DNA of 64,000 nucleotides from an uncultured Verrucomicrobiae bacterium (GCA_963707025.1 CAVPOM010000003.1:160001-224000); one strand, 5' to 3'. Positions 1 to 11,000 are shown, counted from the first letter of the stretch. Notes: generated by a model from the sequence alone, not told the origin. Made by a program: numbers and translations.

Positions 1-335
1 ACCACCGCCACTTTGATTTTGGAGGCGAGCGGGGCGAGTTCGCCCTGCAGGACATCAACCAAACCCGACGTTTTGATCAACAGGGCGCGCAGTTCGGGGA
101 AAACTGGGCATTCCTCGTTCGCTTGAAAATAGGCGCGGTTTCCACTTCGGGACATTTTAAGGATGCCAGCCTCCGTATATTTTGCCAGATCCCGTTGCAA
201 GCTGGATGGCCTCACGCCAAAACGGTTCGCCAGTTCCGTCGCATAAACCGGCTGATGCGAATTCAAAAGCAGGGCGGACAGCAGCCTTTGCTGGGTGCTG
301 GAAAAAAGAGCGCTGGCGATGGAAGATTTACGCAT
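1..335 (-). CDS. Winged-HTH plus minimal nucleotidyltransferase protein (MntA-like antitoxin candidate), runs off the window edge
   Basis: Not in the ORF track. Manual translation from ATG at 335 gives MRKSSIASALFSSTQQRLLSALLLNSHQPVYATELANRFGVRPSSLQRDLAKYTEAGILKMSRSGNRAYFQANEECPVFPELRALLIKTSGLVDVLQGELAPLASKIKVAV, a wHTH followed by the strand that normally precedes the GS motif of NTP_transf_2. The GS motif itself lies outside the window. Confidence 0.7.
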   Translation of the reverse strand, partial: MRKSSIASALFSSTQQRLLSALLLNSHQPVYATELANRFGVRPSSLQRDLAKYTEAGILKMSRSGNRAYFQANEECPVFPELRALLIKTSGLVDVLQGELAPLASKIKVAV

Positions 336-363
336 TATGCGTATAATAAAACGCAAAATGCGT
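329..363. promoter_or_regulatory. Two tandem palindromic operator-like sites, ACGCA-N3-TGCGT
   Basis: TACGCATTATGCGTA at 329-343 overlaps the start codon; ACGCAAAATGCGT lies at 351-363. Confidence 0.55.
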
Positions 364-479
364 AAGTGTCAAGCCTCCTTGCGGTTTTCTTTTGTATCCT
401 AGTGACACTCCCGACTGGGCAACTTCATCGAAACGAGGTCGGTTAATGGTATTGTAATATATTCTGGCCTCGACATCCC

Positions 480-575
480 TGTCACCGGTCACTTCAAAAC
501 CAGCCAGCCGCGGTCGAATCAACCGGCCACTCTGAAGTGGTTTATTCATATCAGGTTCGTTGATCCATGCAAGGG
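480..575 (+). mobile_element. Orphan IS21-like terminal sequence, copy 1
   Basis: Starts TGTCACCGG, has repeated AACC(A/G)GCCA boxes and a TATCAGGTTC-TTGA motif; similar to 33778-33875. No adjacent transposase. Confidence 0.5.
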
Positions 576-591
576 GCTTTTCAAGCACTTC

Positions 592-1071
592 CTATCTGCT
601 GACTCCATTGAGTTCTCTAACCGCTCCTCCGGGGTCTGTCCGGCCAACTATTGGTGCGTAGCGACCATCAGCTTCCCGAAGGAGGAACAGAATGAATGTC
701 CGCGGAGGAATTGTCGGGTTGGCAACGGGGGCGAAGGAGACAAAAGTTGGGCCATTAGGAACGTTGGCAATATTTAGGCCATCCGTGGTGCGGTAGTGGT
801 GAAAGACAAAATCCCTTAGCGCCTTTTCGCCCTTCAGGACGGCGGATACGGTAAATCTAGTTTCGACGCCGATGACGGCCTGGCCAACGAAGCCTGGGAG
901 GTCAATGTGCTCTTTGGTGTCGTGAGTGACTGTGGGCGTGGCAATGACCACCAAGTCAGACTTCTCAAGAAGCTCTTGATACGGCCAAATCCGAACGGCG
1001 CGTGCGGTGACGATGCCGATGAAGCCGAGGAGGAAGGCAGTTGTAAGCACGAGCAGACGGATAGTTTTCAT
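592..1071 (-). CDS. Secreted hypothetical protein
   Basis: MKTIRLLVLTTAFLLGFIGIVTARA resembles a signal peptide; the ORF track extends it to 1110. Confidence 0.65.
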   Translation of the reverse strand: MKTIRLLVLTTAFLLGFIGIVTARAVRIWPYQELLEKSDLVVIATPTVTHDTKEHIDLPGFVGQAVIGVETRFTVSAVLKGEKALRDFVFHHYRTTDGLNIANVPNGPTFVSFAPVANPTIPPRTFILFLLREADGRYAPIVGRTDPGGAVRELNGVSR

Positions 1072-1287
1072 ATTGTCCATTTGACGGAATCGGCCGCAAA
1101 ATGCTCCCACGCTGCCGCACCACGAAGTTCAGCAACAGCATGGGCGCGAGCGTGCGACCGTAATCCCATGCGCGCAGAATGGCCGGTTCGTGTCGAAAAG
1201 CGAGCCTCCTCCATAATCCGTCAGCAGCAAAGTAGAACGGGCAAAACCGGATAGCGAGCCATTGGTTGAATATCGCTTGATGCCTCT

Positions 1288-2256
1288 TCAAACCACATAC
1301 CGCGGCTCGTAAACCGGCCCCAGCCCGTGCTTGCGCAGCAGCTCCATGAACTTCCCGATCCCGCGCCGTTCATCCGATCCCAGATGATAATGAATGTGCC
1401 ACCCCAGATAATCCTTCCGAAAATTGTAATCAAATTCCGTCCGGCTCGAAATGATGTAATCCAGCGTGTCCATTCCGAAAGCCTTGGCCTCGCGCAACCG
1501 CCGCCGCAGCCCCGCGTTCGGAATCCGCCGCAGCGCCCACACCGCGTACACAAACGGCAGCCCCGTCATTTCATGCCACGCCGTCCCCAAATCCAGAATC
1601 TCGTGCGGGTGCGGCGCGCGGCTGAATTCAATCGCCCGGTCGCCAATCATAAAAACCGCCTCCAGCCCCGCCGCGCTTTCGTAGTCCGGCAGCGGCTTGA
1701 GCTGCGGCTTCAAGCCGCGCTCCGCCAAAACCACTTTGAGCAGGTTCAGGCTGGCCAGGGAAGCGCGGTCGCAATAAATTTCCCGCGCCTTTTCCAGCGG
1801 ACCGCGGTGCGCCAGAAAAACGCTTTGCACCTCCCCCAGCGACGCCACCGCGATGCCGTCAAGTATATCGTAACGGTCGTTGAACAAAACCTCCGTCACG
1901 CTCACCAGCGCCGCGTCCAGCTCATCCTGGCGCAGCCGCCGCGCCAGCTCCGCCGGCGGCACAAAAACAATCTGCTCCTCCAGTCCCCGCGTCAGCGGCG
2001 CCGCGTTCAGATAGGGCACCGAACCGACCCGGAAGGGCGCCAGCGCATCCTCCAGGGCCGCCTCCCGTTGCCGCAAGCCCGGCCGCCTTTCCCGCTCAAA
2101 GCGGTGGGCCAGTTCCTCCGCGGTTTCCTCCCGCGCCAACTGCGGCGCATCTGGTTCATGGAGGGAAACCTGCTGCTTCTTCTCCCTCTCCTCCGCACTC
2201 TTGTGGAGGAGAGGGTCGGGGTGAGGAGGTTTTCCCCCTCTCCTCCGGGCCTTCAT
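1288..2256 (-). CDS. mqnA: Chorismate dehydratase (futalosine menaquinone pathway); start uncertain
   Basis: RVGSVPYLNAAPL, IGDRA and DLGTAWHEMTGLPFVYAVW motifs; lies directly downstream of mqnE. Confidence 0.88.
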   Translation of the reverse strand: MKARRRGGKPPHPDPLLHKSAEEREKKQQVSLHEPDAPQLAREETAEELAHRFERERRPGLRQREAALEDALAPFRVGSVPYLNAAPLTRGLEEQIVFVPPAELARRLRQDELDAALVSVTEVLFNDRYDILDGIAVASLGEVQSVFLAHRGPLEKAREIYCDRASLASLNLLKVVLAERGLKPQLKPLPDYESAAGLEAVFMIGDRAIEFSRAPHPHEILDLGTAWHEMTGLPFVYAVWALRRIPNAGLRRRLREAKAFGMDTLDYIISSRTEFDYNFRKDYLGWHIHYHLGSDERRGIGKFMELLRKHGLGPVYEPRYVV

Positions 2257-2260
2257 GAGC
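2152..2260. repeat. Palindromic REP/MITE-like element in the mqnE-mqnA spacer or mqnA 5' end
   Basis: CCCTCTCCTCC-GCACTCTTGT-GGAGGAGAGGG hairpin followed by TCGGGGTGAGG; related GGAGAGGGCCGGGGTGCGG sequence at about 32824-32842. Confidence 0.55.
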
Positions 2261-2342
2261 AGACCTGTAGCGATGGTTTGCCCGTGCCTTCGTCCTTTTC
2301 GTCCGTTCCGTCCTTTGGCTCCTTTTCCTGGTTCATAATTCC

Positions 2343-3512
2343 TCAGGCCGAGGCCAGATTTTCCTGCAAAATGGCGGACGCCCCGCTCTCCCTCGAAGCT
2401 TCCCGCTCCGGCGCCGTCTCCCACACCTTGATCGGCTGGTAAAAAGTATTGCGCTGCACCGCCGTGCGCCCCGTTTCCCGGATGGCCCTGACCATGTCCG
2501 TTTCCGTTTGCAACTGCGGCGTCCGCGCCCCCGCCATGTGAAAAATATTCTCCTCCAAAATGGTCCCGTGCAAATCATCCGCCCCGTAACTCAGCGCCAC
2601 CTGCGCCAGCTTCAATCCCATCCCCACCCAATAGGCCGTGATGTGGTCGAAATTATCCAGGTAAATCCGGCTCACCGCAATCGTGCGCAAGGCATCCAGA
2701 CCCGTCGGCGCCGTCTTCACCGCCATCCGGTTGTTGTCAGGCTGGTAGGGCAGGGGCACAAAACCGGTGAACCCGCCGGTCTCATCCTGCAACGCCCGCA
2801 GTTGGCGCAAATGATCCACCCGGTCCCCCGGCGACTCCACATGCCCATAGAGCATGGTGCAGGTGCTCCGGCCGCCCAGCCCGTGCCAAGTCCGGTGGAC
2901 GTCCAGATATTCCTCCGCCGATTCCTTCCCCCGCGCGATTTCTGAGCGCACCTCCTTGCGAAAAATCTCCGCCCCGCCGCCGGTCAGCGATCCCAGCCCG
3001 GCCTCCTTCAATTCCAGCAGCGTCTCTTTCACCGATTTTTTCGCCAGCCACGCCAGGTGCAAAATCTCAATCGCCGTGAAACATTTCAACTCCAGCCGCC
3101 CGTCCACCTCCCGCAGCGCCCGCAGCATCTCCGTGTAATAACCGAACGGGAGCGAGGGATGCAGCCCCCCCACAATATGCAACTCCGTCACCCCGGCCTT
3201 CAGCGCCGTCCGCGCCTTCTCCACCATCTCCTCCGTCGAAAGCTGGAACCCGTCCGCGTCCCGTTTCTTGCGCGCGAACGCGCAAAACTGGCAGCTCAAT
3301 ATGCAGTAATTGGAATAATTGATGTAGCAATTGACGATGTAACTGGCCCGGTTCCCGTTCTTGCGCGCCCGGGCCAGATCCGCGATGGCCCCCACCGCGT
3401 TCAGGTCACGGCTCTCAAAAAGGCGCAGCGCCTCCTCCTCCGTTATGCGCCCGCCCGCCGCGACTTTCTCATAAATGTCGCGCAGGCCGCTTTGTTGCAA
3501 AAAAAATTTCAC
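2343..3512 (-). CDS. mqnE: Aminofutalosine synthase, CofH-family radical SAM enzyme
   Basis: CILSCQFC (CxxxCxxC), GGGAEIF and HITAYW; the last fits MqnE better than the NIQASW-type motif of MqnC. Adjacent to mqnA. Confidence 0.85.
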   Translation of the reverse strand: MKFFLQQSGLRDIYEKVAAGGRITEEEALRLFESRDLNAVGAIADLARARKNGNRASYIVNCYINYSNYCILSCQFCAFARKKRDADGFQLSTEEMVEKARTALKAGVTELHIVGGLHPSLPFGYYTEMLRALREVDGRLELKCFTAIEILHLAWLAKKSVKETLLELKEAGLGSLTGGGAEIFRKEVRSEIARGKESAEEYLDVHRTWHGLGGRSTCTMLYGHVESPGDRVDHLRQLRALQDETGGFTGFVPLPYQPDNNRMAVKTAPTGLDALRTIAVSRIYLDNFDHITAYWVGMGLKLAQVALSYGADDLHGTILEENIFHMAGARTPQLQTETDMVRAIRETGRTAVQRNTFYQPIKVWETAPEREASRESGASAILQENLASA

Positions 3513-3517
3513 CTCTC

Positions 3518-3560
3518 AATCCTAATCTTAATCCTAATCTTAATCCTAATCTTAATCTCA
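3518..3560. repeat. Hexamer tandem repeat (AATCYT)n upstream of mqnE
   Basis: aatcct-aatctt-aatcct-aatctt-aatcct-aatctt-aatctc. Confidence 0.9.
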
Positions 3561-3696
3561 TTCCCAGCCAAAGATATTTGAAATTTTGCCGCCAGCGCTC
3601 CCGCGATGACAACCGATGGGCCTGGGCCTTAACCAAAACAAACCACCGCCCGCGGCTCCGTGGCGGTTTAAGAAATTGTGTAGCCATAAATGAGGG

Positions 3697-3757
3697 TGGT
3701 AGGGCGCGCACTCCGTGCGCGCCGCGGCGGGCAATCCCGGCCTGCCGGGACCCTACC
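3697..3757. repeat. GTAG-type REP-like palindrome
   Basis: GGTAGGG...CCCTACC ends with an internal GGCGCGCAC-TCC-GTGCGCGCC hairpin. Confidence 0.6.
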
Positions 3758-3989
3758 GTTTAATGCGGCTACAGTATTTGTGAAACTGCTCCGGGCGCCT
3801 CCGGCCGCGCGCAAGGATAATCGGGTCCGTCCCGCGCCGAAACGGCGCCGTGCCCGTCCACCGTTGGAGGCGAAATGAAGAAGGGGGTTCGATTGCCTGC
3901 GCGCCCCGGCCTCAAAAAAGCCCCGGCAAAGTTGCGGCCGATCGGATTTTGGCCTTGCATCATCCGCCAGGCGTGTGCCAGGGTGAGGC

Positions 3990-4844
3990 ATGTCAAAGCC
4001 TGTTTCCCTGCTCGCGGCGGGATTGCTCAGTTGGGCGTTCAGCCTCAACCTGGCCCTCGCGGCGGAGGTAAAGCCGTTGCGCGCGCTTTTAATCACCGGC
4101 GGTTGCTGTCATGATTACGCCGCCCAAAAAGACCTCCTCAAAAAAGGGCTGGAAGCGCGGGCCAACGTCGTCGTGGATATCATTTATACAAACATTCCCG
4201 AAGGCGCTTCCGCGACCAAACCGCCCCTGCCCATTTATGGCAACTCCAATTATGCCAGCGGTTACAACGTGGTCATCCATGACGAATGCGCCGCCGATAT
4301 CAGCGATCCCGTCATCATCAAAGGCGTCCTGGCGCCGCATCGCGCCGGGATTCCAGGCGTGAATCTGCACTGCGCCATTCACTGCTATCGCATCGGCAAC
4401 CCCGGCCAGGCCGCCGCGGCCGGGTCGGAGCGCGCCGGGTGGTTTGAGTATCTGGGCATCCAATCCAGCGGCCACGGCGCGCAACTGCCCATCGCCATCA
4501 GTTACACCCCGGCCTATCACCCGATCACCCAAGGTCTGGCCGGCTGGACCACGACCAATGAAGAGCTTTACAACAACATTCAGATTTTTCCCACCGCCAC
4601 GCCACTGGCCCACGGCAAACAAAGCGTCAAGGACAGAAACGGCGCCGCCAGGGAGGATGATTACGTCGTCACCTGGGTCAACGACTTTCACGGCGCGCGC
4701 GTGTTCAACACGACCATTGGCCACAACAACAGCACGGTGGACGATCCCCGCTATCTGGATTTGGTCACGCGCGGTCTGCTCTGGGCTTGCGGAAAATTGG
4801 ATGAGAAGGGCGACATCCTGCCCGGTTACGGCCCAAAGAAATAA
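3990..4844 (+). CDS. Secreted ThuA domain-containing protein
   Basis: Signal peptide; LLITGGCCHDY, HPITQGL, EELY and RVFNTTIGH motifs. Confidence 0.85.
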   Translation: MSKPVSLLAAGLLSWAFSLNLALAAEVKPLRALLITGGCCHDYAAQKDLLKKGLEARANVVVDIIYTNIPEGASATKPPLPIYGNSNYASGYNVVIHDECAADISDPVIIKGVLAPHRAGIPGVNLHCAIHCYRIGNPGQAAAAGSERAGWFEYLGIQSSGHGAQLPIAISYTPAYHPITQGLAGWTTTNEELYNNIQIFPTATPLAHGKQSVKDRNGAAREDDYVVTWVNDFHGARVFNTTIGHNNSTVDDPRYLDLVTRGLLWACGKLDEKGDILPGYGPKK

Positions 4845-4868
4845 CCCAACACCGCCGTCTTTGCACCC

Positions 4869-5714
4869 ATGCGCTTTGGCATCAACACCTTTCTCTTCAC
4901 CTCGCCTTTTACCAACCGCAGCGTCCGGCTCTTCCCGCAATTCAAGCGCTGGGGATTTGGCAGCGTGGAAATCGCCATCGAAGACCCCAGCCACATTGAT
5001 CCCGCCCGGGTGAAGCGGGAATTGGACCGGCACGGTTTGGTCTGCGGTTCCGTCAGCGCCTGCTTTGGGCCGGATCGCGATTTGCGGGGCGCGCCGAAGC
5101 AACAACAGGCCACCATGAACTACATGATGGGCGTGCTGGATCAGATGGCGGTCCTGAATTGTTCCACGGTGATCGGCCCGGTTTATTCTTCGGTCGGTCG
5201 CGCCGACGCCGTGCCGCCGACCGAATATCGCCGCCAATGGCGCACGGTGGTGAGAAACTTGAAAAGGCTCTGCCGGGAAGCCGAGGGCCGGGGCATACAA
5301 ATCTGCCTGGAGCCGTTGAACCGCTTTGAAACCGATTTCATCAACACCTGCGACCAGGCCTTGCAGATGGTGAACAACGTCGGCAGTCCGGCCTTGAGAA
5401 TCCTGCTGGACACCTTCCACATGAACATCGAAGAGAAGTTTCCGGCGGACGCCATTCGCAAGGCGGGCCGGCATCTGGGCCACCTGCATGCTTGCGGTAG
5501 CGATCGCGGCACGCCCGGCAACGACCACACCGACTGGAGTTCCATCGCGCAAGCCCTCCGCGACATCCGCTACCATGGCGACGTGGTGATCGAGTCCTTC
5601 ACGCCGGACGTAAAAGTCATCGCCCGCGCCGCCGCGATTTGGCGGCGCATCGAGCCGACGCGCGAAGAAATCGCCGTCAAAGGGCTGAAGTTTTTGCGGA
5701 AGGCGTTGCCTTAA
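4869..5714 (+). CDS. Sugar phosphate isomerase/epimerase (tagatose/psicose 3-epimerase-like TIM barrel)
   Basis: EPLNRFET, LDTFHMNIEE, DRGTPG and VIESF motifs. Confidence 0.9.
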   Translation: MRFGINTFLFTSPFTNRSVRLFPQFKRWGFGSVEIAIEDPSHIDPARVKRELDRHGLVCGSVSACFGPDRDLRGAPKQQQATMNYMMGVLDQMAVLNCSTVIGPVYSSVGRADAVPPTEYRRQWRTVVRNLKRLCREAEGRGIQICLEPLNRFETDFINTCDQALQMVNNVGSPALRILLDTFHMNIEEKFPADAIRKAGRHLGHLHACGSDRGTPGNDHTDWSSIAQALRDIRYHGDVVIESFTPDVKVIARAAAIWRRIEPTREEIAVKGLKFLRKALP

Positions 5715-5769
5715 CCCATGGTTTGCCGCTGAGAAACATGAAAAGCGCCAGCCAGATCAAACCGAGCGT

Positions 5770-6648
5770 GTGAAGAAAACTATTTTGAGCCTCGCCTTGG
5801 GCGTCGCGGCCCTGACTACTTTGGGCGCCGACAAAAAGATCGTGTTCATCGCCGGCGCGCCCAGCCACGGGCCGGGCGAGCATGAACATCGCGCGGGCTG
5901 CCTCCTGCTCAAATCGTGCCTGGATAATTTGCCGGGGCTGACCACGGTTCTCTACAGCAACGGCTGGCCGGCCGCGCCCAACGCCTTGCAGGGCGCCGAC
6001 ACCATTGTGGTTTACAGCGACGGCGCCGGCGGACACCCGCTCTTGCAGCCCGGCCGGCTCAAGACCATGGGCGCGCTGATGGACCAGGGAGCGGGCCTGG
6101 TCTGCCTGCACTTCGCCGTCGAGCCGACCATTGAAAACGGCGAGAAAGAATTTCTGAACTGGATCGGCGGCGCCTTCGAAATCAACTGGTCGGTGAATCC
6201 CCTCTGGACGGCCAATTTCAAATCGTTGCCCGACCATCCCATCACCCGCGGCGTCAAGCCCTTCAAACTCCGGGATGAATGGTATTTTCACATGCGCTTC
6301 CGCGACGGCATGAAAGACGTGACGCCCATCCTGACCGCCGTTCCCGATCCGAGCACCACCAACCGCAACGATGGTCCGCACGAGGGCAACCCGGTCGTGC
6401 GCGAACTGGTCGCCCGCGGCGAACCGCAAGCCCTGGCCTGGGCGGTGGTGCGCGCCGATGGCGGACGGGGCTTTGCTTTGACCGGGGGCCATTATCACCG
6501 CAACTGGGGCGACGACAATCTCCGCAAGCTCGTGCTCAACGCCATCTTGTGGACGGCGAAAATCGAGGTCCCCCGGGACGGGGTCGCCTCGATGGTCGCC
6601 CCCGGCCAGCTCACTGAAAATCTCGACCCGAAGGCAAGGGGCCGTTAG
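5770..6648 (+). CDS. Secreted ThuA domain-containing protein
   Basis: Signal peptide; SHGPGEHEH, HPITRGV, DEWY and RGFALTGGHYH motifs. Confidence 0.85.
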   Translation: MKKTILSLALGVAALTTLGADKKIVFIAGAPSHGPGEHEHRAGCLLLKSCLDNLPGLTTVLYSNGWPAAPNALQGADTIVVYSDGAGGHPLLQPGRLKTMGALMDQGAGLVCLHFAVEPTIENGEKEFLNWIGGAFEINWSVNPLWTANFKSLPDHPITRGVKPFKLRDEWYFHMRFRDGMKDVTPILTAVPDPSTTNRNDGPHEGNPVVRELVARGEPQALAWAVVRADGGRGFALTGGHYHRNWGDDNLRKLVLNAILWTAKIEVPRDGVASMVAPGQLTENLDPKARGR

Positions 6649-6721
6649 CCGGAGGCAAAACGCACAGCCGGTTCCGGCCAGGTTCGGCATCGGATTAACC
6701 CATTAACAAACTGACAAAATT

Positions 6722-7996
6722 ATGAGCGAACAAGACAAAAGCAATTCTCCGTCTGCGGTCAACCGCCGCAGTTTCATCAAAAGCGCCTCCGCGGCCGCGG
6801 CCGGTTCGGCGGTCCTGGCCAACTTCCCCTTCGTCCTGACTTCCCACGCCGCGCCGGATGATCCCATCCGCATGGGTCTGATTGGTTGCGGCGGCCGGGG
6901 CACGGATGCCGTCGGCAACGCCATCGCCGCCGCCTCGAACGTGAAAATCGTCGCCGTGGCCGATGTCTTCGAGGACGTGGCTGGCAAGGCGGCCGCCAAG
7001 TTCACGGTGGATCCGGATCATTGTTTCTCCGGATTTGACGCCTACCAAAAACTGCTGGCCTTGCCCGACGTCAATTACGTCATCCTCGCCACGCCCCCCG
7101 GATTCCGGCCCATCCATTTTGAAGCCGCCGTCCAGGCCGGCAAGCACATCTTCTGCGAAAAACCCGTCGCCGTGGATGCCCCCGGCATCCGCCAGTTCAT
7201 CGCCGCCGGCGAACTGGCGCGCGAGAAAAAACTGTGTGTCGTGGCGGGAACGCAGCGCCGCCATCAAGCCAGCTACATGGAAACCATCCAGAAGATTCAC
7301 GACGGCGCCATCGGCGAGGTGCTGTGCCTTCGCGCCTACTGGAACGGAGGCGCCATCTGGCATCGGGGCGACAAATGGAACACCGAAATGGAACGGCAAG
7401 TCCACAATTGGTACCACTATGTCTGGCTCTGCGGCGACCATATCGTCGAACAACACGTCCATAACCTGGATGTCTGCAACTGGATCATGAACGGCCATCC
7501 CGTGCGGGCCTACGGCCAGGGCGGCCGCCAGGCCCTCGGCTCCAAGTCCGGCCACATCTTCGATCACTTCGCCATTGAGTACGAATACGCCAACGGCGTG
7601 CGCATGTTCAGCCAATGCCGGCAAATTGACCACACCGACAGCAACGTCAGCGAAGCCGTCGTCGGCTCGGCCGGCCGGTGCAACAATGTGGGGGACGGCA
7701 CCATCCAGGCCGCCAGCGTGATCCGGTTTGCCGGGCCAAAACCGAATTCCCAGATCGTCGAACACACCGACCTGATCGCCGCGGTGCGCGGGGTCAATCC
7801 TTACATCAACGAGGCCACCACGGTCGCGCACAGCACCATGACCGCCATCATGGGCCGGGAGTCGGCTTATAGCGGCGCCAAGATCTCTTGGGACGAAGCG
7901 ATGGGCTGGCAGACGTCCCTTATGCCCAAGCCGTTGGAATGGGGGCCGGCTTCGAAATTCGAAGTGGCCATTCCGGGCAAACACCAGATGACCTGA
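6722..7996 (+). CDS. Tat-exported Gfo/Idh/MocA family oxidoreductase
   Basis: NRRSFIK twin-arginine signal; GLIGCGGRG, CEKP and EQHVHNLD motifs. Confidence 0.92.
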   Translation: MSEQDKSNSPSAVNRRSFIKSASAAAAGSAVLANFPFVLTSHAAPDDPIRMGLIGCGGRGTDAVGNAIAAASNVKIVAVADVFEDVAGKAAAKFTVDPDHCFSGFDAYQKLLALPDVNYVILATPPGFRPIHFEAAVQAGKHIFCEKPVAVDAPGIRQFIAAGELAREKKLCVVAGTQRRHQASYMETIQKIHDGAIGEVLCLRAYWNGGAIWHRGDKWNTEMERQVHNWYHYVWLCGDHIVEQHVHNLDVCNWIMNGHPVRAYGQGGRQALGSKSGHIFDHFAIEYEYANGVRMFSQCRQIDHTDSNVSEAVVGSAGRCNNVGDGTIQAASVIRFAGPKPNSQIVEHTDLIAAVRGVNPYINEATTVAHSTMTAIMGRESAYSGAKISWDEAMGWQTSLMPKPLEWGPASKFEVAIPGKHQMT

Positions 7997-8068
7997 CCAA
8001 AACAGCGGCGATCATCGCTCCCGTGTGACTCATCGGCTTGGGAATGCCCTGTCGAAACTTTCCCGGCC

Positions 8069-11000
8069 CTACAACACGGCCGCGCGTTGTTCCCCCGCCC
8101 GCCGGCCCAGGTTGCCGTAGCGATGGTAATCAATGCTCAGGCTCTGCTCTTGCAGATACCAGAGCAACTCGGCCCGGCCTTCCGTCAGCACCGGGCGGCC
8201 CGCCACACAAACACCGCTTTGCCCGGCTGCTTCCAACACGGCCGCCGGCACCCGCTCCGTGGCGGCGTAGCGCACGCGCTCGGTCTGGCGCTGACGCATC
8301 ACCTCCGCCAACTCCTCGTCCGTCTCCTCGACAAACTCGATGGCCCCCGCCCAGGATTCGGTAATCTCCTCCAGCAATTTCAGCGCGGGCGGCGCGAAAT
8401 CCGGCGGCGCGCTGACCGTCACCCGGCTGCCGGCCACCTGCGCCGCGCAAACGCGCGCAAACAGATCGAAGGGAGAATCGTCCGCATGCACCCGCACCCG
8501 CACCTCACGGAACGGCCGGTACCGGCGGAAGTTGTCCTGGCCGACCAACAGGAAATGATCGTGCTCCTGGCCGAACTCCTCCAGAAAACTGCGTTCATAA
8601 CTCACTGCGGCCGCCGCAATGCGGTCCGCCAGGCCGGCGCCCACGGGACCCACTTCGCCCGCGCGCCTGGCCAGCCCTTCGCACAATCCGGCCAGCCCGG
8701 CATTTTGCGGCGCGCGCACCGGCTTGGCCGCCGCCGCGTCTGCCATCTCCATGAATTGCGCCGCGTAATTCGGACCGCCCGCCTTCAGGCCGGGGCCGAA
8801 ACTGGACTTGCCGCTCCCGCCAAAGGGCTGGCGCAGCACCACCGCGCCGGTGGTGCCCCGGTTAATGTAGAGATTGCCCGCCCGCACGTGCTCCTTCCAA
8901 TAGTCCCATTCCCGTTCATCCAGGCTTTCCAGGCCCGAGGTCAGTCCGTAGCCGGTTTGATTGACCAGGGCGACGCCTTCGCTCAGTTTGTCAAAACGCA
9001 TCACGGCCAGGAGCGGTCCGAAAAATTCCGTCAGGTGCGTGTAACTGCCGGGTTGCACGCCGTATTTGACTCCGGGCGACCAGAGCCGGGGATTGCCCCC
9101 GGCATTCTGCGGCATCACCGCCCATTCCTCCCCTGGCTCCAGCACCTTGAGCGCGTTTTCCAAATCGCCCGTCGGCGGGCGGATGAGCGGCCCCATCTTC
9201 GTCTCCAGTTTCCAAGCCGAACCGACCGGGATGCTTTGCACCGCCTCGCACAGCGTGCGCCGAAAAGCCGGGTCCCGGTACACTTCCGCTTCCAGCAGCA
9301 ACAACGACGTGGCCGAACATTTCTGCCCGGCATGGCTGAAGGCCGAATGCAAAATATGTTTGATGGCCTGGTCGCGGTCGGCCAGCGCCGTCACTATGGT
9401 CGCGTTCTTCCCGCCCGTTTCCGCGAACAGGTTCAGACGCGGATTGTCCCGCAACATCCCGCGCGCCGTCTCCGTCCCGCCCGTGAGAATCACGGCCTTG
9501 ACCCTGGCATGATTGACCAGGTTCCGGCCTGCGCCGCCGCCGGGGCACGCCACCAATTGCAGCGCCTTCTTTGACACCCCCGCCCGCCAGAAGCATTGGC
9601 ACAGCTCCCAGGCGCTGAGCACCGCGGCGGAGGCCGGCTTGAGAATGACCGTGTTGCCGGCGGCCAGCGCCGCCGCCAGGCCGCCGCACGGAATGGCGAT
9701 CGGAAAATTCCACGGCGCCACCACCACCACCACTCCGGCCCCGCGCGTTTTCAGCGTCGGCATTTCCCCCCACCACCGCGCCGTGCTCCGATAAAACTCC
9801 AGAAAATCCACCGCCTCCGACACTTCGGGGTCGGACTCCAGAAAGGTTTTGCCGCCCTCGGCCAGGGCGGCGCCCATCAGATCGCCCCGCGCCGCCCGCA
9901 ACTCCTGCGCGACCCGGCCCAGTATGGCAAACCGTTCCTCCACCGGCGCGCGGCCCCAGCCGTCCGGGTCCGCCGCCGCGCACTCCACGGCGCGGGCTAT
10001 GTCCTCCTCGGACGCCTGCCGGCAGCGGCCCACCACCACGCCGGGCCGGGACGGGTCGGCACAATCCAGCACCGCGCCCCCTTCAAAAATTTCGCTGCCC
10101 TCAATCACCAGCGGAATTTGCGCCGCCCTGGCATCACAGCGCGGCTCCCATTTGGCCAGCAGCCCCTGAGCCCACTCCCCGTTTTGCCCAAGGGCAAAAT
10201 CCGTGTCCGGCTCATTGACCAGATTCTGCCAGCCGTGGGCGATGGCGGCGGGCGCGGCCGGCGGCCGGCGGCGGTCCTGCGTGCGGCGGGGCGCGTCGCT
10301 GGTCGTGGCCATGGCCGCGAAGGACTCCAGGAAACCTTGTTCGAGCTTTTGCCACTCGGGATTGCCCACGCTGATCTTGAAGGCGTGGCGCAGAAAATTC
10401 TCCGGCCCGGTGTTTTCGTCCAGGCGGCGGATGAGGTAGCCGATGGCGTTGATGAAGTTTTCCTTTTTGCAGGCCGGCGCGTAGAGCAGCAGGTGCCGGC
10501 TCAATTCAAACAGCGCGCGGCGCTGGTTGTTGGCCATGCCCTCCAGCATCTCGAATTGCACCTGCTCAAACGCCTTCCGTTCGTGCGCCAGCACCAGGCC
10601 GTAAGCCAGGTCGAACAGATTGTGCGACGCGATCCCCACGTCCATCGCGGCCAGGTTTTCCGGCTTCATCGTTTCATGCACCATGCGCTTGTAGTTGGCA
10701 TCGGTTTCCCGTTTGGACCGGTAGGGCGCCTGCGGCCATCCCCGTACCGACGACTCGGCGCGTTCGCTTTCCAGGTTGGCCCCCTTGACCAGGCGGATGG
10801 TGACGCGCCCGCCGCCCGCCTCCGCCCGCCGGCGCGCCCATTGCTGAATTCGCAGCAGGGTCTGGAAGGAATCCGGGATGTAGCTTTGCAGCGCGATGCC
10901 CGCCCGCGCCTGCTCCAGCCCCGGGCGTTCCAGGGCGCGCATGAAGGCCTCCGCCGTCAGTTCCTTGTCGCGATATTCTTCCATGTCCAGATAGACGAAC

